Made by a program: the position numbers and the translations under genes. This document shows, piece after piece, positions 1 through 9,566 of a DNA stretch of 32,000 bases (positions are counted from its first letter, which is position 1; each line of letters opens with the position of its first letter). The DNA comes from Pseudidiomarina andamanensis (GTDB lineage: Bacteria; Pseudomonadota; Gammaproteobacteria; Enterobacterales; Alteromonadaceae). The notes beneath the pieces were generated by a model. That model did not search any database. It was not told the origin of the DNA and saw only the letters and a list, made by a program, of their open reading frames with translations. Where the stretch lies: NCBI RefSeq assembly GCF_009734345.1, contig NZ_CP032551.1, positions 90,001 through 122,000 on the forward strand, written 5' to 3'.

Positions 1-430
1 GTTCACTGGTGCCGTATGGGGCAAACCAATGTGGGGCACTTGGTGGGAATGGGATGCGCGTTTAACATCACAACTTATTTTGTTGTTTTTATACATTGGT
101 GTGCTGGCGCTCTACTATGCGTTTAATGACGCACGCACTGGTGCTAAAGCGGCGGCAATCTTGGCTTTAGTTGGCGTAATTAACGTCCCGATTATTCACT
201 TCTCGGTGTATTGGTGGAATTCATTGCACCAAGGTGCCACCATTACGAAATTTGAGAAACCGTCGATGCCACCTGAAATGCTGATACCGTTGTTGATTAG
301 TATCGCTGGGTTTTTATTCTTAACCGCTGCGCTTATTACGCAACGGTTGCGTAATGAAATATTAAAGCAAGAGCTTCACCGCCCATGGGCTATGGAAAAG
401 TTAGGTGTGGAGGCCAACCATGGCGTTTGA
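1..430 (+). CDS. ccmC: Heme exporter protein CcmC, C-terminal part; the gene starts upstream of the window
   Basis: The reading frame is open from position 2. It encodes the Trp-rich WGKPMWGTWWEWDARLTS (WWD) heme-handling motif, followed by TM segments and the ccmDEFGHI genes. Confidence 0.9.
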   Translation, partial: FTGAVWGKPMWGTWWEWDARLTSQLILLFLYIGVLALYYAFNDARTGAKAAAILALVGVINVPIIHFSVYWWNSLHQGATITKFEKPSMPPEMLIPLLISIAGFLFLTAALITQRLRNEILKQELHRPWAMEKLGVEANHGV

Positions 431-653
431 TAGTTGGCAAGAAGTGATTTGGATGGGCGGCTATGGTTTTTATGTATGGCTTGCTTTCGGGGTATCAATT
501 TTAGCTATCGCAATATTAGTGGTGCACGGCTTGCTGACGCGCAAAAAATTAGCGCAAATGGCTGTCAAGAAGCAGCAACAACAGCAACGTATCGCGCGTC
601 GTAAACAGCAAGAGCGTCATAGGAGTATGGTGACCAATGATTCCACGTCGTAA
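420..653 (+). CDS. ccmD: Heme exporter protein CcmD
   Basis: Small single-TM protein ([23 protein letters not shown]...) with a basic, Q-rich tail like E. coli CcmD. The ATG at 420 overlaps the ccmC stop. The longer track ORF from 405 is probably an over-extension. Confidence 0.8.
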   Translation: MAFDSWQEVIWMGGYGFYVWLAFGVSILAIAILVVHGLLTRKKLAQMAVKKQQQQQRIARRKQQERHRSMVTNDSTS

Positions 654-1161
654 AAAACGCCTCGCTTGGGTTTTGTCTTTGGTGGTTGGTGTTGCTGCCG
701 CAATCAGCCTGATATTGTATGCGTTAACGCAGAACATCGATTTGTTTTATACCCCTTCAGAAATGATTGAGGGTAAGGGCACGGATAAAGTTCGCCCAGA
801 AGTAGGGCAGCGTATTCGTGTTGGCGGTATGGTTGTTGAAGGCTCGGTAAAGCGCGATCCGAAAACGCTTGAAGTCAGTTTCCAGGTTACCGATACCGGC
901 CCTGAAGTGACGGTACTTTACACTGGTATTTTGCCGGACTTGTTCCGCGAGGGGCAGGGTATTGTGGCGCAGGGTGTGTTGGTTGAGCCAACGGTGCTTA
1001 AAGCCACCGAAGTATTAGCGAAACACGACGAAGAATATATGCCTCCAGAGTTGGCGGAGGCCATGAAGGGCATCAAACACGTCAACCCGAATCAGCCTGA
1101 TTACACCGGCTCAAAAGCAGAAGATTCTGACCCACAAGACAGCTCTGGAAATAACCAATGA
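637..1161 (+). CDS. ccmE: Cytochrome c-type biogenesis heme chaperone CcmE
   Basis: Near-colinear with E. coli CcmE: [29 protein letters not shown], and [12 protein letters not shown] containing the heme-binding His. Confidence 0.95.
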   Translation: MIPRRKKRLAWVLSLVVGVAAAISLILYALTQNIDLFYTPSEMIEGKGTDKVRPEVGQRIRVGGMVVEGSVKRDPKTLEVSFQVTDTGPEVTVLYTGILPDLFREGQGIVAQGVLVEPTVLKATEVLAKHDEEYMPPELAEAMKGIKHVNPNQPDYTGSKAEDSDPQDSSGNNQ

Positions 1162-3131
1162 TTGCTGAATTTGGACAATTAACGCTGGCGCTTGCGCTAG
1201 CGTTCTCCGTTTTACTCGCTATTTATCCATTGTGGGGCGCCTGGCGAGGCCATAGTGGCGCAATGTTGTTGGCGCGGCCACTTGCCTATGGGCAGTTTTT
1301 ATTTACGGCCCTAGCTTACGCAGCGCTTACCTATGGTTTCATCGTAAACGACTTTAGTATTTCTTACGTTGCACACAACTCCAATACGGCGTTGCCACTG
1401 GTGTATCGAATTACGGCCGTGTGGGGCTCACATGAAGGCTCATTCTTGCTGTGGATGTTGATGCAGGCGGGTTGGATTGCCGCTGTCGCGATGTTTTCAC
1501 GACGCATGCCATTAACCATGATGGCGCGTGTACTGGCAGTGCTAGGACTTATTAGTATCGGCTTCTACTTGTTCATGCTCAGCGTATCGAATCCGTTTGA
1601 TCGTGCGCTACCGTTAATTCCCGTGGATGGGCGTGATTTAAATCCGCTGCTGCAAGACCCTGGCATGATCTTCCACCCGCCATTGTTATACATGGGCTAC
1701 GTTGGTTTTTCGGTTGCTTTCGCTTTTGCTATCGCAGCGCTTGTAAGCGGTAAGCTTGATGCGTCATGGGCGCGCTGGTCACGGCCTTGGGCGACTGCTG
1801 CATGGTGCTTCTTAACACTAGGTATTGCACTTGGTAGCTGGTGGGCATACTACGAATTAGGCTGGGGCGGCTGGTGGTTCTGGGACCCGGTTGAAAATGC
1901 GAGTTTTATGCCGTGGTTGGTTGGTACCGCATTGATTCACTCCTTAGCTGTTACGGAAAAACGTGGTGCGTTTAAATCGTGGACCGTGTTGTTAGCCATT
2001 TCTGCATTCAGCTTGAGCTTACTCGGTACCTTCTTGGTACGTTCTGGCGTGATTGTTTCGGTGCACGCATTCGCAACCGATCCGGCACGTGGATTATTTA
2101 TTCTCGGCTTATTAGCGGTTGTTATTGGCGGCTCGCTGTTGCTGTTTGCCTTGCGCGCCGGCGCGGTGAATAGCCAAACGAAATATGAAGCGGTATCACG
2201 CGAAGTGATGTTGCTGGGTAATAATATTTTATTAATGGCGGCAACGCTTGTTGTGTTGCTTGGTACATTGTTGCCGTTGGTGCACAAAGAGCTCGGTTTA
2301 GGCTCCATTTCGATTGGGGTGCCGTTCTTTAATCAAATGTTTACTTGGTTAATTGTACCGTTTGTATTGCTAATGGGTTTGGGGCCGTTATTGCGCTGGC
2401 GCCGTCAAGAGTTAAAGCCGTTGGCAACCGATTTATTCCTCGCACTCGTACTCGCTGTGTTGCTTGGTTTTGCCCTGCCGTACGTATTTGCGGATCAGAT
2501 TCTAGCCATGACCGTATTAGGCTTAGTGATGGCGTTGTGGATTGTGATGACGTTGGTTGCTGAGTTGAAGCAACGCATTCAACAGCGTGGTCAAGGGTTA
2601 GCTAGCTTGACGAAGTTAGGGCGTAGTCATTGGGGTATGGTACTTGGTCACCTAGGTTTTGCGGTGACTTTGGTTGGTATTGCAGCGGTTAGCCAATACG
2701 AAATTGAGCGCGATGTGCGTCTAGCTCCGGGAGAGTCAGTGCAGGTTGAACAGTATCGTATTCAGTTCGATTTGCTGAGTGAGCAGCAAGGCCCTAACTA
2801 CCTGACTGATCATGCTGAATTTAGCGTGTTCAAAGACGAGCAGAAAATCGCTGACTTGGTGTCTGAGAAACGATTCTATACCGTGCAACGCATGAGCATG
2901 ACGGAAGTTGGTTTAGATTCTGGCTTTTTGCGTGATGTGTACGTTGCATTGGGTGAGCCACTTCAAGATGACGAAAATTCTGATGCGTGGGCCGTACGCA
3001 TTTATATCAAACCGTTTGTGCGCTGGATTTGGCTTGGCGCCGTGATCATGGCTTTAGGTGGTGCATTAGCCATGAGTGACAAACGCTATCGTTCACAGCG
3101 AAAACAGCGAGGTAACTATGGCACAGCGTAG
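1158..3131 (+). CDS. ccmF: Cytochrome c heme lyase subunit CcmF
   Basis: 657-aa polytopic membrane protein with the WWD motif ([21 protein letters not shown]). Its start overlaps the ccmE stop (ATGA). Confidence 0.95.
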   Translation: MIAEFGQLTLALALAFSVLLAIYPLWGAWRGHSGAMLLARPLAYGQFLFTALAYAALTYGFIVNDFSISYVAHNSNTALPLVYRITAVWGSHEGSFLLWMLMQAGWIAAVAMFSRRMPLTMMARVLAVLGLISIGFYLFMLSVSNPFDRALPLIPVDGRDLNPLLQDPGMIFHPPLLYMGYVGFSVAFAFAIAALVSGKLDASWARWSRPWATAAWCFLTLGIALGSWWAYYELGWGGWWFWDPVENASFMPWLVGTALIHSLAVTEKRGAFKSWTVLLAISAFSLSLLGTFLVRSGVIVSVHAFATDPARGLFILGLLAVVIGGSLLLFALRAGAVNSQTKYEAVSREVMLLGNNILLMAATLVVLLGTLLPLVHKELGLGSISIGVPFFNQMFTWLIVPFVLLMGLGPLLRWRRQELKPLATDLFLALVLAVLLGFALPYVFADQILAMTVLGLVMALWIVMTLVAELKQRIQQRGQGLASLTKLGRSHWGMVLGHLGFAVTLVGIAAVSQYEIERDVRLAPGESVQVEQYRIQFDLLSEQQGPNYLTDHAEFSVFKDEQKIADLVSEKRFYTVQRMSMTEVGLDSGFLRDVYVALGEPLQDDENSDAWAVRIYIKPFVRWIWLGAVIMALGGALAMSDKRYRSQRKQRGNYGTA

Positions 3132-3693
3132 CAAATTACGTTGGGTAATCTTAGCTCTGCCGTTATTGGCATTTCTGTGGTTAACCATTTTTTTATTGCG
3201 TGGTTTATTTTCAGACCCGACCGAACTTAGCTCCGCATTGGTGGGCAAACCGGTGCCGCAATTTGAATTGCCAGATATTTATGACACCAGCAAGATACAC
3301 ACTGAGGCGGTATTACAAGGGCGCCCGATGTTGTTGAATGTGTGGGCGACATGGTGTCCAACTTGTCGTGCCGAGCATGAGTACTTGAATAAGTTAGCTG
3401 CCGAAGGCGTCTATATTGTTGGCTTGAACTATAAAGATGATTCGCGTGCGAAGGCGGTTAACTGGTTGAACACCTTAGGTGACCCGTATCAGGTTAATTT
3501 ATTTGATGAGCGAGGCATGGTTGCACTTGATTTTGGTGTTTATGGCGCACCGGAAACGTTCCTAATTAATGCGGATGGTGAAGTGGTATATCGTCATGTT
3601 GGTGATGTGAATGATCGGGTGTGGAACACCGTTTTAGGGCCGCAATATCAGCAACTGATGCAAGCGTATCAGACTGAGGGAACGGCACCATGA
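3118..3693 (+). CDS. ccmG: Thiol:disulfide interchange protein DsbE/CcmG
   Basis: N-terminal TM anchor, a thioredoxin fold with WATWCPTC, and GVYGAPETFLI. The ATG at 3118 gives the conventional N-terminus MAQRSKLRW; the track ORF from 3076 overlaps ccmF more deeply. Confidence 0.9.
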   Translation: MAQRSKLRWVILALPLLAFLWLTIFLLRGLFSDPTELSSALVGKPVPQFELPDIYDTSKIHTEAVLQGRPMLLNVWATWCPTCRAEHEYLNKLAAEGVYIVGLNYKDDSRAKAVNWLNTLGDPYQVNLFDERGMVALDFGVYGAPETFLINADGEVVYRHVGDVNDRVWNTVLGPQYQQLMQAYQTEGTAP

Positions 3694-4205
3694 TCAAGAA
3701 TTTCATCACCATGTTGATGGTTACGTTAACCATTGCGCTTAGTTCGTTAAGTGTCGTCTATGCCGTTAATCTTGAAACGTACAAATTTGATGACCCGCAG
3801 AAAGAAGCGCTATTTCGTGAGCTCATTGACGAATTACGTTGCCCTAAATGCCAGAATCAAACCATTGGTGATTCTGATGCGCCGTTAGCCAAAGATTTAC
3901 GTGACCGCACGTACTTGATGGTGCAGCAAGGCGCATCAAAACAAGAAGTGGTTGATTACATGGTTGCGCGGTATGGTGATTTTGCTTATTACCGACCACC
4001 GGTGAAGTTAAGTACCGTCGTGTTATGGTTGGGGCCAGTTTTGGTGATATTGGTTGGCGCTGCTGTCATTTTAATGCGCGTACGAGCCCGTAATAATGCT
4101 GAAGTTGAGTTGAGCGACGAAGAACAAGCGCAATTAGCTGCACTGCGTAGCTCAGATCTGGATAACGCAGACCAAAGCCATTCAGAACAGGATAAATCAT
4201 CATGA
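3690..4205 (+). CDS. ccmH: Cytochrome c-type biogenesis protein CcmH
   Basis: Signal/TM segment, the LRCPKCQNQ(T)I redox motif and a C-terminal TM. The start overlaps the ccmG stop. Confidence 0.9.
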   Translation: MIKNFITMLMVTLTIALSSLSVVYAVNLETYKFDDPQKEALFRELIDELRCPKCQNQTIGDSDAPLAKDLRDRTYLMVQQGASKQEVVDYMVARYGDFAYYRPPVKLSTVVLWLGPVLVILVGAAVILMRVRARNNAEVELSDEEQAQLAALRSSDLDNADQSHSEQDKSS

Positions 4206-5401
4206 TTGTACACATTGCGTTGATTTTAGCCGTAGCGCTGGCTGGTGGCTTATTTCTATTGCTAACTGGCAGGCGCCAACGTGACCAGCAACGTACGCGC
4301 TTAGATGTCAACCGCGAACTGTATGAACAACGCAAGTTAGAGTTAGTGCAGGAGCGCGAAGACGGTTTGCTTACGGAAAATGCATTTACACGAGCAAACG
4401 CAGAGTTAGATAAACGTTTTGTTACTGAAAATTCTGAGTTAGAGCAGTTGCATGATCAGCAAGTTGGTCGCAATATTTGGCTGCCGGCAGTGTTGTTGGT
4501 GGTGTTGACTGTTGTGCTTTATAGCTTGTTTGGTAGCTGGTCGTTGCAGCGACAAGCTGATGAAGCGATACAGGCACTGCCTGAGCTGGGTAAAAAAGTG
4601 CTGACTAACGACAGCGCGCAAACAACCCGCGAAGAGTTAGAAACATTTGCACTTGGTTTACGTCAACGTTTAGCACGGGAACCGGATGATGCGGTGGCGT
4701 GGTTGGTTTACGCGCGTTCAATGACAGCGCTTGGCCAGCTTGAGCAAGCCATTGAAGCGTATAAAAAGTCATTAAGTATTGAGCCAAACCGTGTCGGTAC
4801 CTTACTTAGTTATGCTCAATTATTGTTGCAAACTGGTGATGAAGCGATGATGCCAGAGGCAGCAACTATGCTGCGCCGTGTGCTTGAGCAAGAGCCGAGT
4901 AACCAAGAAGGTCTTTCGTTATTGGGGTTTGTCGCGTTTCAGCGCGGTGATTGGGAGCAAGCTATTACGGCTTGGGAATTGTTATTACAGCAAATTCCAG
5001 AGTCGGATGAGCGTTATCAGCCTGTTGCAGCAGCTGTTGCGGACGCTAAGCAACGCTTAGCGGCAACCGAACTCGAATTGACCGTTACGGTTGATGTAAC
5101 TGAAGAACGGCTTGCTGAAGTGCCTGAGGGCGCAACATTATTTGTCTATGTGCGCGCCGCAGAAGGTCCGGGCATGCCTGCAGCCGTCGTACGTCAGCCA
5201 GTGACCGAGTTCCCAGTGACGGTCACGCTTTCGGATGCCAATGCGATGTTACCGGATTATCGCATGAGCCAACTGAACCAATGGCAGGTCATGGCACGTA
5301 TATCGGCTGATGAGCAAATTGATGCGGCTGAGGGTGATTTGGATGCGGTGCCACTCATTATCGAACCAGCCACCGCCGCAGTGCGGTTAGTGATCAAGTG
5401 A
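4202..5401 (+). CDS. ccmI: Cytochrome c-type biogenesis protein CcmI (CycH), TPR-containing
   Basis: N-terminal TM segments followed by TPR-like repeats (AWLVYARSMTALGQLEQAIEAYKKSLSIEPN...). Last gene of the ccm cluster; the start overlaps the ccmH stop. Confidence 0.85.
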   Translation: MIVHIALILAVALAGGLFLLLTGRRQRDQQRTRLDVNRELYEQRKLELVQEREDGLLTENAFTRANAELDKRFVTENSELEQLHDQQVGRNIWLPAVLLVVLTVVLYSLFGSWSLQRQADEAIQALPELGKKVLTNDSAQTTREELETFALGLRQRLAREPDDAVAWLVYARSMTALGQLEQAIEAYKKSLSIEPNRVGTLLSYAQLLLQTGDEAMMPEAATMLRRVLEQEPSNQEGLSLLGFVAFQRGDWEQAITAWELLLQQIPESDERYQPVAAAVADAKQRLAATELELTVTVDVTEERLAEVPEGATLFVYVRAAEGPGMPAAVVRQPVTEFPVTVTLSDANAMLPDYRMSQLNQWQVMARISADEQIDAAEGDLDAVPLIIEPATAAVRLVIK

Positions 5402-5407
5402 TAAAAG

Positions 5408-5528
5408 CGTTATTCGTTATTGGTTATTGGTTATTCGTGAGTTAAGTTCGCTGGTGAAATTATGTGCATATTTGCGCAATGTTCTGTGCGTTATCTCGTG
5501 TTTTTCGAATAACGAATAACGAGTAACG
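5408..5528. repeat. Heptad-TIR intergenic element, copy A (MITE-like; variant interior)
   Basis: The left end is cgttatt cgttatt ggttatt ggttatt cgtgagtt. The right end is tttttcgaataa cgaataa cgagtaa cg. The ends are inverted repeats of each other and match the ends of the copies at 14418-14561 and 15584-15730, but the roughly 50-bp interior differs. It starts 5 nt after the ccmI stop. Confidence 0.8.
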
Positions 5529-5552
5529 CATTTGGCTTTTAAGGGAGTTTTT

Positions 5553-6284
5553 ATGAACAGACTTTTAGCAATTGCTGCAGTTGCCTTATTGGCAAGCGGT
5601 TGCGCGAGTGCCCCACAGGAAGATGCTTGGGCGGACGAACGAGATCCGTTCGAGCAGGTTAACCGTGATGTGTGGGAATTTAACGAAGAACTTGATGATG
5701 CCGTGATTCGTCCAGCAGCGAAGGCCTATAGTCATGTGCCAAAGCCAGTGCGTAAAGGGTTATCGAATGCGGTTGAGAACCTCGATGAAGTGTCATCGCT
5801 GGTCAACAATGCCCTGCAGGGTAAAGTTGTGGATGCTGGTGTGAGTTTCTGGCGTTTCACAATAAATAGCACTGTTGGTGTGCTTGGTATCTTTGATGTT
5901 GCCACTGAGATGGGTATTGAGCGTCGTGAAGAAGGTTTCGGTGAAGTCTTGGCTTCTTATGGCGTTGCTGACGGGCCATATTTGATGTTGCCTGGACTAG
6001 GACCAACCGTGGTAGTTGATCGCGGTGGTGATGTCGTCGACGGTATGTACTTTCCGTTGGACAACTTAAGTGGGCCGACTAGTGTGGCGCGTTGGATGAT
6101 TAAAGGTTTAGAGGCGCGCATAAAGCTCATGGATTTAGAACCGATGTTGGAAGAATCGTTAGACCCATATTCATTCGTGAAAGAGTCTTATTTTCAGCGC
6201 TGGCAAGACAAAGTTTATGATGGTAATCCGCCAGCCCCGCCCGAAGAAGAGGAACTGGACGAAGACTTTTACGACCAGTTTTAA
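5553..6284 (+). CDS. mlaA: Outer-membrane lipoprotein MlaA (VacJ), phospholipid asymmetry maintenance
   Basis: Lipoprotein signal with lipobox LLASGC|AS, and the VacJ-family core (DPFEQVNRDVWEFN, NSTVGVLGIFDVA, PYLMLPGLGP). The ATG at 5553 is preferred over the track start at 5532. Confidence 0.9.
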   Translation: MNRLLAIAAVALLASGCASAPQEDAWADERDPFEQVNRDVWEFNEELDDAVIRPAAKAYSHVPKPVRKGLSNAVENLDEVSSLVNNALQGKVVDAGVSFWRFTINSTVGVLGIFDVATEMGIERREEGFGEVLASYGVADGPYLMLPGLGPTVVVDRGGDVVDGMYFPLDNLSGPTSVARWMIKGLEARIKLMDLEPMLEESLDPYSFVKESYFQRWQDKVYDGNPPAPPEEEELDEDFYDQF

Positions 6285-6289
6285 GCCTC

Positions 6290-6314
6290 GAAGCCTTGCA
6301 CCATGCAAGGCTTC
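6290..6314 (+). terminator. Possible intrinsic terminator after mlaA
   Basis: Perfect hairpin gaagccttgca-cca-tgcaaggcttc starting 6 nt after the mlaA stop. The downstream U-tract is weak (tgcgttataaaa). Confidence 0.4.
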
Positions 6315-6381
6315 TGCGTTATAAAAGCCCGTCACTGTTATAACTTGAATAACTATAATTACATTTACTGAGGAATATTTT

Positions 6382-7878
6382 ATGAGCCAGGCGCCTGCGA
6401 AGTCTGAACTTTGGGGTCACCCGAAGGGCCTGTATGTGCTTTTTACTGCCGAAATGTGGGAGCGTTTCTCTTACTACGGCATGCGCGCATTGTTAGTACT
6501 TACGTTAGTTGCAGCTACTGAAGCGGCAAACCCAGGATTCGGTATGAGCGATGCAGATGCATTGTCTCTGTATGGTATGTATACCGGTCTTGTCTATTTC
6601 ACGCCGTTAATTGGTGGATGGTTAGCTGATAACTATTTAGGTCAGCGTCGTTCAATCTTGTTGGGTGGTATCTTAATGGCAGCAGCACAGTTCACGCTGT
6701 TTGCGGCCACTCCACACAGTATTGAACTGTTCTACGTTGGTTTAGGTATTTTGATTGCTGGTAACGGCCTATTTAAACCAAACATTTCGACGATTGTTGG
6801 TGACCTTTATCAACAAGGTGATGCACGTCGTGATAGTGCTTTCTCTATCTTCTACATGGGTATTAACTTAGGTGCATTCATTGCACCATTAGTCACCTCT
6901 ACATTAGGCGAGAGCGCGGATTATGGTTGGCGCTGGGGTTACTTCGCGGCTGGTGTTGGTATGACGCTAGCGGTAATTACCCAAGGTTTATTCTTCCAAC
7001 GTTTCTTGGGCGATATTGGTAAGATTCCTGGTGCAAAACGTGACCGTGACGCTGCTGGTGGCGTGAAGAAGCCATTGTCAAAAGTTGAGCATGATCGTCT
7101 TCGCGTTATTTTATTCCTGTTTGTGTTCGTCACTGTGTTCTGGTTAGCGTTCGAGCAAGCCGGTGGTTTAATGAACATTTATGCTGACCGATTTACTGAT
7201 CGAATGATTGGCGAAACCGAAGTACCTGCAGGTTATTTCCAGTCGTTGAACCCGCTATTTATTCTGCTGTTTGCTCCAGTATTCTCGTTTTTGTGGATGT
7301 GGTTGCACAAAAAAGATAAAAGCCCAGATGCACCAATAAAAGTATTTGTTGGTTTGATTCTAACCTCCATTGGTTTCGTGTTCTTGATTCTTGGCTTGTT
7401 CGAAATTCAAGTGACTGGCAAAGCTAATATGATGTGGCTGGTACTTGCTTACATGTTCCACACCCTAGGTGAGCTTTGTATTTCACCAGTTGGTTTGTCA
7501 CTGATGACCAAACTTGCTCCATTACGCCTAGCTTCATTAGTGATGGGTATTTGGTTCTTGATGCCTGCAATCGCAAGTTATTTGGCCGGTATGGTCGGCG
7601 CATTCAGTGAAGAAGCCGATAAGTACGAGTTTTCAATTAACTTAGCGAAGGCAATTGGTCTTGAGGCACAGTACTCAGGCTTACTAGTGGTGTTCGGTGG
7701 TGTTGCTGTGGGCTTGCTCGTATTTGCTGTTATTTTGTGGCTCATCTCAGGCATGTTGGTGAACTGGATGCACGGCGCTGAGCGCGCAGCACCAACTACG
7801 GTTGCTGAAGGTGTAGATCAAGAGCTTGATGCCGTTGCCGAGCATGAAGGCTTAGGCACTAAAGCTGAAAAGCAATAA
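6382..7878 (+). CDS. Proton-dependent oligopeptide transporter (POT/PTR2 family di-/tripeptide permease)
   Basis: 498-aa polytopic protein with the PTR2 signature AEMWERFSYYGMRALLVL and GGWLADNYLGQRR, FKPNIS. Resembles DtpA/DtpT-type permeases. Confidence 0.9.
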   Translation: MSQAPAKSELWGHPKGLYVLFTAEMWERFSYYGMRALLVLTLVAATEAANPGFGMSDADALSLYGMYTGLVYFTPLIGGWLADNYLGQRRSILLGGILMAAAQFTLFAATPHSIELFYVGLGILIAGNGLFKPNISTIVGDLYQQGDARRDSAFSIFYMGINLGAFIAPLVTSTLGESADYGWRWGYFAAGVGMTLAVITQGLFFQRFLGDIGKIPGAKRDRDAAGGVKKPLSKVEHDRLRVILFLFVFVTVFWLAFEQAGGLMNIYADRFTDRMIGETEVPAGYFQSLNPLFILLFAPVFSFLWMWLHKKDKSPDAPIKVFVGLILTSIGFVFLILGLFEIQVTGKANMMWLVLAYMFHTLGELCISPVGLSLMTKLAPLRLASLVMGIWFLMPAIASYLAGMVGAFSEEADKYEFSINLAKAIGLEAQYSGLLVVFGGVAVGLLVFAVILWLISGMLVNWMHGAERAAPTTVAEGVDQELDAVAEHEGLGTKAEKQ

Positions 7879-7905
7879 GATATTAAACAATAGGATTTGT
7901 TGAAC

Positions 7906-8790
7906 ATGGTAAAAAAAGTTGTGATTCCGGTGGCAGGTCTGGGGACGCGGATGCTGCCAGCAACCAAAGCAATTCCGAAGGAAATGCTGCCGTTGGTTGA
8001 CCGGCCGTTGATTCAGTATATTGTCGAAGAGTGCGCTGCTGCTGGGTTAACCGATATTATTTTGGTGACTCACTCAAGCAAAAACGCTATCGAAAACCAC
8101 TTCGACGCAAACTATGAACTAGAAGATATGCTGGAGAAGCGGGCAAAAGATCAACTTTTAGCCGAAGTGCGGGCAATTTGCCCGCCTGGAGTTACCGTAA
8201 TGGCGGTGCGCCAAGACGTTGCAAAAGGTCTTGGCCACGCCGTGCTATGTGCGCGTCCATTAATCGAAGACCAGCCATTTGCAGTGGTGTTGCCAGATGT
8301 ACTCGTTGATTCGGCGAGCAGCGACTTGAGTCGCGATAACTTAGCGGAAATGGTTGCTAACTTTAACGCTTCTGGCGCCGCACAAGTCATGGTCGAGAAA
8401 GTACCAGCTGAGTTGGTTAATCAATATGGTGTTGCTGATATTAACGGCGTGGAATTAGCGCCGGGCGAGCAGGCTTCCATTAAACGTCTAGTGGAAAAGC
8501 CGCCAGTAGCTGAAGCGCCATCTGATTTAGCGGTGGTTGGTCGCTATGTATTCCCAGCCGCATTGTGGGCGCTACTGGAGAAAACACAGCCGGGCGCTGG
8601 CAATGAAATTCAGTTAACTGATGCTATGGCAATGCTACTCGAGCAGCAGCCGGTTAATGCGTATTACATGAAAGGCAAGAGCCATGACTGCGGCAACAAG
8701 CTTGGGTACGCGCAAGCTTTTGTTGAACACGCCATGCGCCATCCAGCCCTCGGCCCCGACTTCAAAGCCTGGCTGAAAGACCTGAAGTAG
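7906..8790 (+). CDS. galU: UTP--glucose-1-phosphate uridylyltransferase
   Basis: [36 protein letters not shown] signature and VEKP motif. The ATG at 7906 is preferred over the TTG at 7897. Confidence 0.92.
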   Translation: MVKKVVIPVAGLGTRMLPATKAIPKEMLPLVDRPLIQYIVEECAAAGLTDIILVTHSSKNAIENHFDANYELEDMLEKRAKDQLLAEVRAICPPGVTVMAVRQDVAKGLGHAVLCARPLIEDQPFAVVLPDVLVDSASSDLSRDNLAEMVANFNASGAAQVMVEKVPAELVNQYGVADINGVELAPGEQASIKRLVEKPPVAEAPSDLAVVGRYVFPAALWALLEKTQPGAGNEIQLTDAMAMLLEQQPVNAYYMKGKSHDCGNKLGYAQAFVEHAMRHPALGPDFKAWLKDLK

Positions 8791-8988
8791 CGTTATGATG
8801 AGTAGCCCATCACGTTGGCGCCGTATTGGCATCGATTTGAAGGCGCTACTCACTATCTAGAAACATCCACATCCGAGACATTCTTTGTCTGACATTATCG
8901 ATTAACCGTAGTGTTTATTACGTCAACGCGGTTCAAAGCCTAATTTGCGCGCTAAACTCTTCGTTGTTGTTAAAACGGAGAATCTGCA

Positions 8989-9312
8989 ATGGAACGCAAA
9001 TCAGGACATGATCGAGACGAGCTACAGAATGAGCTCACTAGAAAGCTTTCCAAGTTACTGCGTATTGAACGCGAATACCAAATGAGTCAAGAGTCTCTAT
9101 CCGAGAGGATTCTATGTAGCCGCGCGTCTATCTCGCGCATGGAAAGCGGCAGAAATATTCGAAGCGAGTTCTTAATCGCCGCACTTACAGAGCTCGACCT
9201 CGCGGAGCACTTTATCGCACTTATTGATAGTTTACTTGCCGAACCGCCGGCCAAACGCGCTCGAGATGAACGTCAACGCCGAGTCGATGCCATTATGGCG
9301 CCATACCAGTGA
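8989..9312 (+). CDS. Small XRE (Cro/C1)-family helix-turn-helix protein, orphan
   Basis: 107 aa with a helix-turn-helix segment QMSQESLSERILCSRASISRMESGRN. GGAG lies 9 nt upstream of the ATG. No partner gene is adjacent. Confidence 0.65.
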   Translation: MERKSGHDRDELQNELTRKLSKLLRIEREYQMSQESLSERILCSRASISRMESGRNIRSEFLIAALTELDLAEHFIALIDSLLAEPPAKRARDERQRRVDAIMAPYQ

Positions 9313-9370
9313 GTTTTAGGCTCAAAAAATAGAAGAGTGGTGGGTGTGTATATCTATCGAAAATAAAACC

Positions 9371-9437
9371 GTTCAGTTGCAGCAGAAAAGTTACAAAAAG
9401 AGGGGGCTGATTTGTAACTTTTCTGCTGCAACTGAAC
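9371..9437 (-). terminator. Perfect 27-bp palindrome with a 13-nt loop; likely intrinsic terminator of cmoA-cmoB
   Basis: gttcagttgcagcagaaaagttacaaa (9371-9397) is the exact reverse complement of 9411-9437. On the minus strand the hairpin is followed by GGTTTTATTTTCG. On the plus strand there is no U-tract. Confidence 0.6.
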
Positions 9438-9461
9438 ACTGAAAATAAATTGGGGTGTCAT

Positions 9462-9515
9462 GACTGTGACTGTGACTGTGAGCAAGAGCATGAGCATGCG
9501 GGCATGAACATGAGC
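9462..9515. repeat. Hexamer-periodic microsatellite-like tract
   Basis: (gactgt)x3, followed by gagcaa gagcat gagcat gcgggc atgaac atgagc. Lies in the non-coding stretch between the palindrome and the cmoB stop. Confidence 0.7.
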
Positions 9516-9566
9516 GTATGCTTGGGCATTGACGATGCTGCGCATCACCCGGCGTGGAACGCCGGG

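Noticed and set aside
1-30. The window opens with gttcactggtgccgtatgggg, which superficially resembles the start of type I-F CRISPR repeats (GTTCACTGCCGTATAGGCAG).
   Set aside because: It occurs once, has no spacer periodicity, and lies inside the ccmC reading frame, where it encodes the conserved FTGAVWGKPMWG segment.
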